Assembly (NCBI GenBank): GCA_958296135.2
Contig: CATQHZ020000001.1
Span: forward strand, 1,632,001-1,696,000
DNA: 64,000 bases
Origin: an uncultured Poribacteria bacterium
Lineage (GTDB): Bacteria > Poribacteria > WGA-4E > WGA-3G
Reading direction: 5' to 3'
The notes below the pieces were generated by a model. The model saw only the letters and a list, made by a program, of their open reading frames with translations. It was not told the DNA's origin and did not search any database. Of this stretch, positions 37,420 through 47,997 are shown in pieces; the first letter of the stretch is position 1; every line of letters starts with the position of its first letter. A program made the translations under genes and the position numbers.

Positions 37420-39942
37420 CTATCGCAAACCCAATTCGTTTTCAGCAACATGAGACCGGAACCAACACCGCTTTCCATCTGTCTTCAGTGTGATGGCCCC
37501 CAGTTCATCAGTGCGCAACAGCACACACCCGCGTTCTCTATACCGCGCAACGACACCCGCATCTGGAAATCCATATCGATTCCGAATGCCTAGCGAAAAG
37601 AGGGCATACTTCGGTTGGACTGCATCTAAAAACGAAGTTGTGCTTGAGGTTCGGCTTCCGTGATGTGGTACCTTCAAGACCTCGGCATGCAAATCTTGTC
37701 CGGTGGCGATGAGGCGCGTTTCTGCCTTCGCGCCAATATCACCCGTAAACAAGATGTCCACCTCGCCATAACTGAGTCTCATAACCAGGGAGTCATCGTT
37801 TGTATCGCTGTCCATCAGGTCTGTGGATGCGGCATCGATGGGATGCAAGAGATTTAGGGTGGCTGTCGGAGTCATTTCGATTTCTCCCGCGTATTCAAAC
37901 GCGTAGTCAATCTCATCATCTTGGGCAATTTTACGCAATCGCTCAAGTGTTGCGGAAGAGCGCGCCTTATCCGCCTCCGCTATTCCGAGGACGCGTTTCA
38001 CCTTAAAGTTCTCCAAGATATACGCGAGCCCACCACCGTGGTCGCTGTCTTGATGCGACAGCACTACCAGAGCTAGTTCCCGAATCCCGTTAGCGTCAAG
38101 GTAAGGCGCGACAACCCGTTCGCCTACGTCATAGTCTACCCCTTGTTTCTTCTTTTCATTGTAATAGGAACGCCGGTCGCCGCCATCAACAAGCATCGTG
38201 CGTCCATCAGGAAACTTCACCACGGCCGCATCGCCTTGCCCGACATCCAACGTGACTACCTCTAGCAGCCGTCCTTCTTCATGAAACGCCCTGTCCCATA
38301 CCCAGATTGCCACGACAGTTAGTCCGATGAGTGTCGCGAGTCTCCACTGTTCACGGCAAAACCGCCAATGCGTTATGCCTAAACAGACAGCAATGTAAAC
38401 GACAAAGATGCCAAACGTAGGCGGTGTCATCTTCAGGACAACCGATGCGTTTCCAAACAGCCCGATGATTGCTAAAAAGAGGGAGATAATCGCTGCGTTG
38501 AAAGAGGCGAGAAGTTTCGCTAGCGGCAACAGCGAGAAAAGTCCCGCGCCTACCGAACCCAGGCCTATCGCGAGAATAAGTGAAACAAGCCCGACAGCAA
38601 ACGGCCCGACAATTATGCCAATCGGATACGCTCGAAAAAAGTGGAATGCGATGATAAGCGTAGTGCCGAGCAGTGCAGCTAACGTCACAAGATAGGAGAG
38701 AATGAGCCATTTTAAGACACCACGTCCTAAAGTGACACTGAGGTTCGGAGATTCAGGAGGTTCCCATAGTTGGTGAAACAGTTTTTCCATTTTGGGCACA
38801 AAATAGAGAATCGCTGTCACGGCGACAAACGACAATTGGAAACCGATGTCCCACAGTTGCGTCGGATTCAACAGGAGTAAAATTAAGGCGGCGAAAGCGA
38901 GTAGGTTGAAGATGTCTGCATCCCTGTCAATGATGGTTGCAAGGAGGAAGAGGATTGCCATCAGCGAGGCGCGGCAGACGGAAGGACGAAACCCGACTAA
39001 GCAGGCGTAAATGCACACAGCCCCGATTGTCAGGAGAGCTATCCCCTTTTTTGTCAGGTGTGGGTGCTTAGCTAGCATGCCGAGGACAGTCGCCAACGTT
39101 GACAGCCCGAAGTAACAGAACGCCGCGATGAACCCAACGTGCAACCCCGATACCGCCAATACATGAAAATTGCCGCTGTTTCGGAAGGTTTCCAAGGTAT
39201 CTGTCGGTAAATCGCTCCGTTTTCCCAAAAGGATGCCTTTGATGAGTTGTGTGTGCAGTTCATCAGTGTAGGCTTCATCAATAACCTCCTCGGTCCGAAG
39301 GCGGAGCCTTTCTATCCACCGGAGTGGTGGAAATCCGGCTTGCTCGCCGAGTTTGAAAAGCCCTTGATGATAGATTATCCCGGAAACATCTTTCCGGGCG
39401 AGGTATGCGCGATAATCAAAGCCGCCGGGGTTGCGTTGCGGTTGTGGCCGATGTAGCGTTCCCGTTAACGTCAAGCGTTTGCCGTATCGGAGGGGCATGA
39501 GCCCCTGAAATCGGATGAGAACCTTTGTCTGCACTGTCTCGCCTGTCTCAAGCAGTTGCAGTTCTCCCTTCGCGTAGCAAGCTTCCCACTTTTTGCCGCG
39601 CTCGGGTTGATACTCAGTCCGGCCTGAAAAACTAACAGGCTGATCGTAAAAATACGTTGGAATTGATGACAGGGTGCCGATGTCTAGCCGTAGGATGCCG
39701 CTCACAAAAACGGCGAGATGGATCAGAACGTAGAGAATTACTTTGCTCTGCAAGCGTGCACGCCACGTGTCTCCTGTTGCCACTTTTAAGCGTACAAACC
39801 ACTGAAACAGCGCGGCGCAACTCAGACATATCAGCGTGAAGAGCCACGTCCAAAACAGCGGCACGGTGGTGTATTCTCCCACAATAATGCCGAGCAGATA
39901 CGGGATAAGGAAATAGATAGCTGGGCGTGGTTTAAGTCTCAT
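37420..39942 (-). CDS. comEC: DNA uptake competence protein ComEC/Rec2
   Basis: RNPGGFDY, HVLAVSGLHVG, GFQLSF, LDVGQGDA, SHQDSDHGGG, LFTGD, KVPHHGS. Confidence 0.93.
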   Translation of the reverse strand: MRLKPRPAIYFLIPYLLGIIVGEYTTVPLFWTWLFTLICLSCAALFQWFVRLKVATGDTWRARLQSKVILYVLIHLAVFVSGILRLDIGTLSSIPTYFYDQPVSFSGRTEYQPERGKKWEACYAKGELQLLETGETVQTKVLIRFQGLMPLRYGKRLTLTGTLHRPQPQRNPGGFDYRAYLARKDVSGIIYHQGLFKLGEQAGFPPLRWIERLRLRTEEVIDEAYTDELHTQLIKGILLGKRSDLPTDTLETFRNSGNFHVLAVSGLHVGFIAAFCYFGLSTLATVLGMLAKHPHLTKKGIALLTIGAVCIYACLVGFRPSVCRASLMAILFLLATIIDRDADIFNLLAFAALILLLLNPTQLWDIGFQLSFVAVTAILYFVPKMEKLFHQLWEPPESPNLSVTLGRGVLKWLILSYLVTLAALLGTTLIIAFHFFRAYPIGIIVGPFAVGLVSLILAIGLGSVGAGLFSLLPLAKLLASFNAAIISLFLAIIGLFGNASVVLKMTPPTFGIFVVYIAVCLGITHWRFCREQWRLATLIGLTVVAIWVWDRAFHEEGRLLEVVTLDVGQGDAAVVKFPDGRTMLVDGGDRRSYYNEKKKQGVDYDVGERVVAPYLDANGIRELALVVLSHQDSDHGGGLAYILENFKVKRVLGIAEADKARSSATLERLRKIAQDDEIDYAFEYAGEIEMTPTATLNLLHPIDAASTDLMDSDTNDDSLVMRLSYGEVDILFTGDIGAKAETRLIATGQDLHAEVLKVPHHGSRTSSTTSFLDAVQPKYALFSLGIRNRYGFPDAGVVARYRERGCVLLRTDELGAITLKTDGKRCWFRSHVAENELGLR

Positions 39943-39992
39943 CTTTTTTGTTGTTCGCCGAGCGTTGTTTGGCAATTTTTGTTGTGGGAACC

Positions 39993-40216
39993 TGGCGAGG
40001 GACAGTGGACATCTCTGCAGCGAGGCTGCAGAGATGACAAAGTTAAAGTAAGTAAGGTAGCGTGTTTACGCGGGGCGACACACGCACTTTTTCTGTAGAC
40101 GTGACCGTGCTTTCGCGAGGCGACACACGCACGTTTGCTGTAGGCGTGACCGTGTTTACGCGTGGCGACACACGCACATTTTCAGTAGGCGTGACCGTGA
40201 CGGCCCGCGCCCTACG
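39993..40216. repeat. Composite palindrome enclosing three tandem 45-bp units
   Basis: GGCGAGGGACAGTGGACATCTCTGCAGCGAGG..GCAGAGATGACAAAGTT module, then 45-bp units at 40061, 40106 and 40151, closing with GGCCCGCGCCCTAC. Confidence 0.8.
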
Positions 40217-40242
40217 CTGAGCCGGCCGTTTTCACGTTGTAA

Positions 40243-40354
40243 TACCAAATGAACTTCTGTAGCTCGGGCTCGTCCTGCTGCGCAGGAAAACCAAAACGGT
40301 CAGGTTCAGGCGATTCTGCCCTACAGGCTCGAGAACATTCAGACGAATTTGGTA
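40243..40354. mobile_element. 112-bp MITE with TAA target-site duplication
   Basis: TAA|TACCAAAT...ATTTGGTA|TAA, perfect 8-bp TIR, same ends as 22150-22250. Confidence 0.78.
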
Positions 40355-40407
40355 TAAGTTCTGCACAGTCGTAGCTGAACAACGCATTGCGAACGACGAA
40401 AAGAGCA

Positions 40408-41718
40408 TCAATTAGAGAGGCGGGTTTGCAATTCTTCTAGTTGGACGGGGCGCGTGAAATCCATCAGATAAATCCGCATGTGATCACTCCGGTCTGAACT
40501 GAACACCAGTTTCTGGCCATCTCGCGACAGACTCGGTTCAAAATGCGCGCCGATGTGGTTCGTCAACTGCCTTTTGTTGCTTCCATCGGCATCCATTACC
40601 CAAAGTGTGTAGTGCCCACGTGCATTTGAGACATAAATAATCCGTTCACTATCCGGCGTGAAAATGGGTTGGTAATGGCTATCGGCGGACGCGGTGAGCC
40701 GTTCTATGTCTCCCCCTTTTGCACTGATAACGCAGACCTGATAGGTATCCTGAACGCTGGAGATGAATGCAATCTGTTCGCCGGTCGGTGCCCATGCGGG
40801 GTGTCCATCGTCACCCTCGTTGTCTGTCAACTGCACTTTGCCGGTGCCGTCTGTGTTGACAACGTAGATTTCCAATTCATCGCTATTTTCATTGGATTCA
40901 AAGGCGATTTTTTCGCCATCGGGTGAAAAGGCGGGAGCACTTTGCATCCCCTGCATCTCTACGAGAGGCCGTTGATGCCGGCCGTCGATGTCCATCAGAT
41001 AGATTTTGGCGGTGCTTGGCACGGAGCCGCTCGCCTGAATCGGCGGCAGCATCATCATCCCTTTGGTGCGTTCCGCCACGAAGGCAAGCGTCTTGCCATC
41101 TGGGGAGAAAATAGGCATGTATTCGTCAAACTCTTCCGTATGCGTGAGCTGCCGAAGTTCGCGCGTCTCAAGGTTCATCATATAAATTTCGCCATTTTGA
41201 AGCCGATAGGAGGCGAACGCGAGCCATTCCCCATCAGGCGAAATAGCCGGACTGTAATCGTCTGCATATTTTGCCGTGAACGTCATGAGGTTGCCCTTTT
41301 CGGTGAAGGCTTGCTCGTAGTCGTCGCTCCCTTCGGTGCGGAGGCGTTGGACATGATACGCATCGCCAGTGAGGCCTGCCACCTTTAAAATAACATCGCG
41401 TGACGGAGTGCCTGCGAGCAGTTGGCGGAATTGCGCGAGGGCGAGCGAGTGCCTATCCGCAAACCAGTAAGCGCGTCCGCGCGCGAAACCCTGTGTCTCT
41501 TCTTCTAACTGCGCGCGAATCAATTTGAGTTGATACGCCGCTTCAGCGTTATCCGGGTCGCGCTGAAGGGCAGCCTCAAATTCTTGGGCTGCTGCTATCA
41601 TCTCTCCATTTGCGGCGAGTTGCTTGCCGCGCTCAATGCTCGGGCCCTCGCCACATCCGAAGAGACAGAGGAGGCATACAACGATGAATGTTTTGTAAAG
41701 AGCGTTTCGCATTTTCAT
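40408..41718 (-). CDS. Lipoprotein with TPR and TolB-like PD40 beta-propeller
   Basis: Lipobox LFGC; TPR-like helices; repeated P.FSPDG..IAF.S and IY.M..DG....LT. Confidence 0.85.
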   Translation of the reverse strand: MKMRNALYKTFIVVCLLCLFGCGEGPSIERGKQLAANGEMIAAAQEFEAALQRDPDNAEAAYQLKLIRAQLEEETQGFARGRAYWFADRHSLALAQFRQLLAGTPSRDVILKVAGLTGDAYHVQRLRTEGSDDYEQAFTEKGNLMTFTAKYADDYSPAISPDGEWLAFASYRLQNGEIYMMNLETRELRQLTHTEEFDEYMPIFSPDGKTLAFVAERTKGMMMLPPIQASGSVPSTAKIYLMDIDGRHQRPLVEMQGMQSAPAFSPDGEKIAFESNENSDELEIYVVNTDGTGKVQLTDNEGDDGHPAWAPTGEQIAFISSVQDTYQVCVISAKGGDIERLTASADSHYQPIFTPDSERIIYVSNARGHYTLWVMDADGSNKRQLTNHIGAHFEPSLSRDGQKLVFSSDRSDHMRIYLMDFTRPVQLEELQTRLSN

Positions 41719-43400
41719 GGCTCCTGGTGAATCTCTATCCGTTGATTTATCGCTATGCTATCAAGCACCCGTTGCGTTTCGCCGTTCGGCCATGTGACTT
41801 CAATCCACTCAATCTCGGCGGCTGCGCCTAAGCCAAATTCGGCGATGTAACTATTAGACGACAGGTAACTCTCACCGGCACAGATTTCTCGCATCTGGAT
41901 AGCGTCCGCCGTTTTAACCCGAATCTTCGCGCCGATGGCATTTGGGTTGGCCCCCAGACTGCGCAATTTCACGTGCAGCCAATTCCTGCCGTTGGTATTA
42001 TTTCGCAACAGCGTCGGCTGCGCATGGTTATTGACGATAAAGATGTCTACGTCGCCATCGTTGTCATAGTCACCGAAGGTGGTGCCGCGCCCGACGCGGA
42101 GAGGCAACTGCGCAATGCCGGCCTCCGCGCAGACATCGGTGAAGGTGTCATCGCCGTTGTTGCGGAACAACGCATCCTGCTGTGGAATAAGGACTTCGGG
42201 CTGATGTAATTCTTGGAAGGTGCTCCCGTTCGCGACGAAGATATCCAAATCGCCATCGTTGTCGTAGTCAAAGAGAGAAGTGCCCCAGCCGATCTGCTTA
42301 ATACTCACCTCCGCCAGCATCGCAGAGTAGGATTCATCGACAAATCGGATGCGCGTCGGGACCCCATTCTCCTCTTTTAAAAGATTCCGATAAAGCGCGT
42401 TCTCCTCATCCACCCAGTGGCTCATAAAGAGATCGGTGTCACCGTCGTTATCATAATCCCCAGTGGTAACACCCATAGAGCCGCGGAAGTCCGCCGCCCA
42501 CGAATCGTCACTCACATCGGTGAAGGTGCCATCGCCATCGTTGCGATAGGCATGGTTGACAGTGGTATCGTTTGCGACATACAGCTCCAGATCGGTGTCT
42601 CCATCAAAATCGCTAAAGATTGCCTGCATGCTTCTGCCGCCGGAGGCGGCGATACCTGCCTTTGCAGTGATATCGGTGAAGGTGCCATCGCCGTTGTTGC
42701 GGTAGAAAACGTTATCCTGTGGTTCAAAGACATGCGGATTCAGCGCGCTCGGCACCGGTTTCCCAGATTGCAAGGACTCCGCTTGCATCGCCTCTAGTTT
42801 CTCCAAATCATAAGTGACGTAGTTACAAACGTAGAGCTCTAAGTCGCCATCTCCATCGGTATCGGCGAAGGCGGCACCGGTACTCCACTGTGAGGCGTGC
42901 TTGGAAAGCGCGCCTGCCGCATTCGGGAAAGCAACATCGGTTACGTCCGTGAACGTGCCATTCTTGTTATTGCGGTAGAGAACGTTTGGGCCGTAATTGG
43001 TGACATAGAGATCGAGGTATCCATCGCCATCGTAATCGGCGAAAACGCAGCCCATGCCGTACCCGGTGTCACCCACGCCGGCGGTTTTGGTTATGTCGGT
43101 GAAGGTGCCATCGCCGTTGTTGCGATAGAGCGCGTTGCGCGCCGGGCTCTGGTAGTCCCCGCCGAACGGGCCAGGGATATTGACAATGTAAAGATCTGTG
43201 TCTCCATCGTTATCAATGTCGGCGAAAGCTGCGCCGGAGCCCATATCTTCCGGCAGCAGCGAAGTGCGTTTTGCATGCGCGCCCGCGTGCCGGAAATCGA
43301 TACCCGCTGCGCGCGTCACATCGGTAAAGGTTGCGGCGTGCGCAATAAGCGGTGTTATCGCAAGAGAAAAGATGAAGAACAGCGGTATCATTCTTAGCAT
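41715..43400 (-). CDS. CRTAC1/ASPIC-UnbV family FG-GAP repeat protein
   Basis: Signal peptide; repeated D.D.DGD.DL and YRNNGDGTFTD.T..AG; C-terminal AIGAKI.V...SYLS...FGLG...V.WP.G. Confidence 0.9.
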   Translation of the reverse strand: MLRMIPLFFIFSLAITPLIAHAATFTDVTRAAGIDFRHAGAHAKRTSLLPEDMGSGAAFADIDNDGDTDLYIVNIPGPFGGDYQSPARNALYRNNGDGTFTDITKTAGVGDTGYGMGCVFADYDGDGYLDLYVTNYGPNVLYRNNKNGTFTDVTDVAFPNAAGALSKHASQWSTGAAFADTDGDGDLELYVCNYVTYDLEKLEAMQAESLQSGKPVPSALNPHVFEPQDNVFYRNNGDGTFTDITAKAGIAASGGRSMQAIFSDFDGDTDLELYVANDTTVNHAYRNDGDGTFTDVSDDSWAADFRGSMGVTTGDYDNDGDTDLFMSHWVDEENALYRNLLKEENGVPTRIRFVDESYSAMLAEVSIKQIGWGTSLFDYDNDGDLDIFVANGSTFQELHQPEVLIPQQDALFRNNGDDTFTDVCAEAGIAQLPLRVGRGTTFGDYDNDGDVDIFIVNNHAQPTLLRNNTNGRNWLHVKLRSLGANPNAIGAKIRVKTADAIQMREICAGESYLSSNSYIAEFGLGAAAEIEWIEVTWPNGETQRVLDSIAINQRIEIHQEP

Positions 43401-44755
43401 GAGTCTAAAAAATTGGTGAAGACGGGCCCGTTCAGAAAGCGTTCGTCGTTCAGAATATTTTGGTGGAGCGGAATTGTCGTCTTTATTCCCCCGATTTTGA
43501 ACTCCGAAAGCGCGCGTTTCAAGCGCGTAATCGCCTCCTCCCGGTCCCTCCCGACTGCGATGAGTTTCGCGACGAGAGAGTCATAATGCGGCGGTACCCG
43601 ATAGCCCGCGTAAATATAGCCATCGACGCGGATGCCAATTCCCCCCGGGGGTTGATAGTCTGTCACTAACCCCGGCGACGGCATGAACCCGTTGCTCGGG
43701 TCTTCGGCGTTAATGCGGCACTCAATAGCGTGTCCCTCGTGGCGAATATCAGATTGTCCATAGCCGAGTTCTTCGCCCATGGCTATCCGAATCTGCTCCT
43801 TAATCAGATCGATGCCGGTGATGCATTCCGTAATCGTATGCTCCACTTGGATACGGGTGTTCATTTCAAGGAAGTAGAAGTTATCGTCTGTATCCACGAC
43901 GAATTCTATCGTGCCAGCGTTGGTGTAGCCGATTGATTTGACTGTTTTTGCAGCGGCTTTGCAGATCTCCGTGCGGAGTTTGGGGGGGATAGATGCCGCT
44001 GGTGCCTCTTCTAGAAGTTTCTGTTGATTCCGCTGGATAGAGCATTCGCGTTCGCCTAAATGGACAGAATTTCCGTGCGTATCGGCTAAGACTTGCACTT
44101 CAATGTGCCGCGCTTCTTCAATCCACTTCTCAATGTAAACTTCACCGTTGCCGAACGCCGCTTCCGCCTCGGCCTTCGCCGTGTGAAATAGGTTGAAAAG
44201 GCTGGGCCGGTTGTAGGCAATACGGATGCCGCGGCCGCCACCCCCCGCGACAGCTTTGATGCCGACTGGGTAACCGATTTTCTCGGCGAGCTGCACCGCT
44301 TCTTCAGCTATATCAACCGTGCCTTTTTTGCTATTTTTCCGTTTGCCGCTCCGGCTGCCAGGCACGAGTTTCAGACCGGCCTTCGCGACTTTCTCCCGCG
44401 CTTGGACTTTGTTGCCCATCGTGGCCAGGTCTGTGATAGAAGGACCGATGAAGCGGATCTGGTGCGCTTCGCAAATCTTAGCGAACTGCGCATCCTCCGC
44501 CAGAAATCCTGCACCGGGATGGATAGCATCGACGTTGGCAAGATCAGCGACGGCGATAATGTTGGCATACTTCAGATAACTGTCCGCGGACAGGGGCGGC
44601 CCGATGCAGTAAGCATCGTCCGCATACTGAACATGCAGCGCATCTGCATCCGCCGTGGAAAAGATAGCGACGGTTTTAATGCCCATGTCTTTGCACGCGC
44701 GGATAATGCGAACGGCTATCTCACCCCGATTCGCTATAAGAATTTTTTGGAACAT
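43394..44755 (-). CDS. accC: Biotin carboxylase
   Basis: KILIANRGEIA, KA..GGGGRG, RECSIQR, FLEMNTRIQVEH, GHAIECRINAED, YDSLVAKLI. Confidence 0.96.
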   Translation of the reverse strand: MFQKILIANRGEIAVRIIRACKDMGIKTVAIFSTADADALHVQYADDAYCIGPPLSADSYLKYANIIAVADLANVDAIHPGAGFLAEDAQFAKICEAHQIRFIGPSITDLATMGNKVQAREKVAKAGLKLVPGSRSGKRKNSKKGTVDIAEEAVQLAEKIGYPVGIKAVAGGGGRGIRIAYNRPSLFNLFHTAKAEAEAAFGNGEVYIEKWIEEARHIEVQVLADTHGNSVHLGERECSIQRNQQKLLEEAPAASIPPKLRTEICKAAAKTVKSIGYTNAGTIEFVVDTDDNFYFLEMNTRIQVEHTITECITGIDLIKEQIRIAMGEELGYGQSDIRHEGHAIECRINAEDPSNGFMPSPGLVTDYQPPGGIGIRVDGYIYAGYRVPPHYDSLVAKLIAVGRDREEAITRLKRALSEFKIGGIKTTIPLHQNILNDERFLNGPVFTNFLDSC

Positions 44756-44873
44756 TTTTGTATTTCGCAATGTGTTGTTTCGCTTTTGCTTGGCTGATGA
44801 GGCTGCCTGAGCAGGCCATCTTCACTTTGTGAAGACTTACGTTTCTAACGGATAACAACGAATGACAAGACAT

Positions 44874-45080
44874 GGCGAGGGCCGTTACGGGCACGCCTAC
44901 AGAAAAAGTGCGTGTGTCGCCCCGCGTAAGCAAGCTACCTTACTTTAACTTTGTCATCTGCTGTCGATCGTGTTGGCGTTCTGTTTACAGAACGCCGAAG
45001 ATGTGTCTTCCATAAACGGAAGACACTGCACGATCGACTGAGCTGCCGCCTCGCTGCAGAGATGTCCACTGTCCCTCGCC
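44874..45080. repeat. Nested composite palindrome between accB and accC
   Basis: Reverse-strand copy of the 39993 module with an extra branched hairpin insert at 44963-45038. Confidence 0.8.
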
Positions 45081-45102
45081 GGACGATGACTGCGTGCTCC
45101 GT

Positions 45103-45573
45103 TCAGGTGATACGAGCAACGCGGAAGAGCGGTTCTCCGTATTCAACCGCCGCGCCATCTTCAGCAAGGATTTCGAGAATCTCACAGCTGAAGGGTACCT
45201 CCACGGGGTTGTAAGTTTTCATCACTTCGAGGACAGCTAGTGCGTCTCCGGTGCTGACGGTATCGCCTACCTGAACGAAGGGCGGTTCACCGGGGGCCGG
45301 CGAACGATAGAACCGGGAAGGCATCGGGGCGTTAATAAATTCCGCATCGTCTGGTCCAGCGGTTTCAGTGGAGGTTCCAACCGGCACCATCGGCTGCGAG
45401 ACTATCGGCTGCGGTTGCAGGGGTGCCGCCGCAACCTTCCGTGAGAGCTGCACCTCCAACTCGCCATCGCGAACGCGCAGCTCAGCGAGTTCGGCCCGCT
45501 CGGCGATGGTAATCAGGTTTTCAACGAGCCTCAGGAGATGGTTCTCATCCTGCTCGTGTTTTTTTCGGTTCAT
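45103..45573 (-). CDS. accB: Biotin carboxyl carrier protein
   Basis: APM...FYRSPAP..PPFV.VG, EVMKT biotinylation motif, VEYGEPLF. Confidence 0.93.
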   Translation of the reverse strand: MNRKKHEQDENHLLRLVENLITIAERAELAELRVRDGELEVQLSRKVAAAPLQPQPIVSQPMVPVGTSTETAGPDDAEFINAPMPSRFYRSPAPGEPPFVQVGDTVSTGDALAVLEVMKTYNPVEVPFSCEILEILAEDGAAVEYGEPLFRVARIT

Positions 45574-45576
45574 AAG

Positions 45577-46134
45577 TTAGACCCTTTCCACATATTTTCC
45601 TGTCCGCGTGTCAACTTTGATGGTAATTTCGTTTTGAACGAAGAGGGGGACGTTAACGACTGCGCCGGTCTCCAGTGTGGCACGCTTAGAGCCCCCGCTT
45701 ACTGTGTCGCCGCGCAACCCGGGATCGGTCTCGACGATTTGGAGTTCAACGAAGTTCGGCAATTCAAGCGCGAGCGGCACAGCCCCCTCCATTTTGACGG
45801 TGACAGTTCCGCCTTCCTTCAGAAACTTCAACCCATCGCCGACGAGGGAGATTGGGAGCAAGTGTTGTTCAAAGGTTTCGTTGTCCATAAAGCACAGCAT
45901 CTCGCCATCGCGGTATAAATACTGCATCTCGTGGTCCATCAGGCGTGCGGTTTCTATGGTTTCGTTGGCACGGAACGTCCGGTCCAAAACCGCGCCATCG
46001 GTAATGCGCTTGATTTTCGTCCGGGCGAAGGCACCGCCTTTGCCCGGCTTGACATGCTGACAATCTACAATCGTGTAGAGCGTATCGTTGAGTCGGATAA
46101 CCAACCCATTTCTTAAATCGTTCAGTGCTGCCAT
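45577..46134 (-). CDS. efp: Elongation factor P
   Basis: HVKPGKGGAF, MQYLY, PGLRGDT, LETG...VPLFV, VDTRTG.Y..R. Confidence 0.97.
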   Translation of the reverse strand: MAALNDLRNGLVIRLNDTLYTIVDCQHVKPGKGGAFARTKIKRITDGAVLDRTFRANETIETARLMDHEMQYLYRDGEMLCFMDNETFEQHLLPISLVGDGLKFLKEGGTVTVKMEGAVPLALELPNFVELQIVETDPGLRGDTVSGGSKRATLETGAVVNVPLFVQNEITIKVDTRTGKYVERV

Positions 46135-46284
46135 AAATGTTCCTTTTCTCCTTCTCTTTTTTTGTAGGTGCGGTTTTTAACCGCGATTCTTATACCAAAT
46201 GCATCAAAATAGTTCGGGCTTGCCCAATCGCAAACGACAGAAATGAGACAACTAAATGCCGCTGATAATGAGGGATGAATCCTG

Positions 46285-47034
46285 TTAAGAAAACAACAAA
46301 GGCAGTGCTAACTGCAACGCCTTGGCTCTGTGGCTGATGCGGTTCTTGCGCTCCTCTCCTAATTCTGCAAACGTTTTGTCATAGCCGTTGGGAATAAAAA
46401 CCGGGTCATAGCCGAAGCCGCCTGTTCCCATCGGAGACAGGGTAATGTGCCCTTCGCAAACCCCGATAACTACCTGGGGGTTATCTGCATGGCTGTCGTC
46501 TGCCCTAGTCCCTCGCTCTACGGTTGCAAGAGTGCGAGGGACAGGTTTGGCGATAGCAACGGCCGCGACGAAACGCGCGGCTCTATTCGGATTTCCCTCA
46601 AGTGCTTCCAGCAACTTTGCAATCCGCATCGCGTCGGAAGCATCCTCGCCGGCCCAGCGTTTTGACTGAACCCCCGGGGCACCGCTGAGTGCCGCGACTT
46701 CTAATCCTGCATCGTCGGCGAGGGTGAGATGGCCGGTGTAATCCGCGATGACCTCGGCTTTTTTACAAGCATTCTCCGCGTAAGTCTCGCCATCTTCGAT
46801 GATTTCTGGCGCGCTCGGAAAATCCTGCAATGTGCAAATCTGCAGCAACGGCGATTTGGCATCGTGGCGAGGGACAATGGACATCCCTGTTGGGAAACCT
46901 GCAGAGATGCCAACGTTTCGGCGTGGCGGCCCTCGCCCTACGGTAACCGAATCTTCCAGCTTTACAGCGTCGTGCAGCATATCTGTCAATTCACGCACTT
47001 TGCCGGCGTTACGGGTTGCCAAGACGAGCTTCAT
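46285..47034 (-). CDS. rdgB: Non-canonical purine NTP pyrophosphatase with two repeat-derived insertions
   Basis: [49 protein letters not shown]. Confidence 0.92.
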   Translation of the reverse strand: MKLVLATRNAGKVRELTDMLHDAVKLEDSVTVGRGPPRRNVGISAGFPTGMSIVPRHDAKSPLLQICTLQDFPSAPEIIEDGETYAENACKKAEVIADYTGHLTLADDAGLEVAALSGAPGVQSKRWAGEDASDAMRIAKLLEALEGNPNRAARFVAAVAIAKPVPRTLATVERGTRADDSHADNPQVVIGVCEGHITLSPMGTGGFGYDPVFIPNGYDKTFAELGEERKNRISHRAKALQLALPLLFS

Positions 47035-47767
47035 CTAAATTCTCCAACATCATACGGTTTTGCAAGCGGATGAGCTGCTGGATGCCACTGACAGCCAGAT
47101 CTAACAGTTTGTCGGTATCCTCGCGCGAGAAGGGCTGCTCCTCGGCGGTGCCTTGCACCTCTATGAACTTCCCTGTCCCAGTCATGACGATGTTCATATC
47201 GACATCGGCGGTTGAATCTTCGGCATAACAGAGGTCCAGCATCGGTTCGCCGTTGATAATCCCGACGCTCGTGGCGGCGATGTTATCCTGTATCGGAAAC
47301 GCCTTGATTCGCTTCTGCTCCACCAAATATTGGCATGCGTCCCAAAGTGCGATGAAACCCCCGGTAATCGCGGCGGTTCGAGTGCCGCCATCTGCTTGGA
47401 TGACATCACAATCTATCCAGATTGTCTGTTCCTCCAAAGCGTTGAGTTCTACCGCGGCGCGTAGGGAACGTCCAATCAGGCGTTGGATTTCCTGTGTTCT
47501 GCCACCGAGGCCGCCGCGCGTCGCTTCACGCTGCATCCGTTCGGACGTAGAGCGCGGGAGCATGGAATATTCCGCTGTCACCCAGCCTTTATGCCGAATC
47601 CGCTGTTCCCGCATAAACCGCGGCTGCGCATCTTGAACAGAGGCGGTGCAAACGATTCGGGTATCCCCCGCTGTGATGAGGACAGAACCTTCCGCATGTT
47701 TGATGTAGTGCCGCTGGACGGTAATCGGGCGCATTTCATCTGGACGGCGGCCGTCAGTTCTTTTCAT
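47009..47767 (-). CDS. rph: Ribonuclease PH
   Basis: [56 protein letters not shown]. Confidence 0.97.
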   Translation of the reverse strand: MKRTDGRRPDEMRPITVQRHYIKHAEGSVLITAGDTRIVCTASVQDAQPRFMREQRIRHKGWVTAEYSMLPRSTSERMQREATRGGLGGRTQEIQRLIGRSLRAAVELNALEEQTIWIDCDVIQADGGTRTAAITGGFIALWDACQYLVEQKRIKAFPIQDNIAATSVGIINGEPMLDLCYAEDSTADVDMNIVMTGTGKFIEVQGTAEEQPFSREDTDKLLDLAVSGIQQLIRLQNRMMLENLDEARLGNP

Positions 47768-47793
47768 GTGTCGGTTCCTCAGTGTCTGTCGCG

Positions 47794-47997
47794 CTACATC
47801 TCTTGCAAAAACGCCAACGCCTTCGTGTAACTCCGGCGTTCGAGGTAGTGCTTGAGCATTGCAGGCGCAGTGGGAGCAATCTCCTGAGCCAGCGTGTCAA
47901 TGTGCAGCAGCTGGTCGGTGATGTCTTCCCCGGCTTCAATTCGCGCAAACATCGTGGATAACGTCTGTTTGAGCTCCAAGGTTGTATCAGTTACCAT
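47794..47997 (-). CDS. Small hypothetical protein
   Basis: 67 aa helical ORF ([14 protein letters not shown]), co-oriented with and directly upstream of rph. Confidence 0.7.
   Translation of the reverse strand: MVTDTTLELKQTLSTMFARIEAGEDITDQLLHIDTLAQEIAPTAPAMLKHYLERRSYTKALAFLQEM

Noticed and set aside
39725-39795. Possible repeat-derived peptides in ComEC, PP2C (53311-53345), AccC (44325-44360) and the antitoxin (8470-8540)
   Set aside because: They look like insertions, but similarity to the repeat families is too weak to assert by eye.
40061-40195. Three 45-bp units as a mini-CRISPR
   Set aside because: Contiguous degenerate tandem copies without spacers, nested in a palindrome.
44963-45038. 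76-nt multi-stem insert as a tRNA
   Set aside because: Only two inner arms; no T-loop or D-loop consensus and no CCA.
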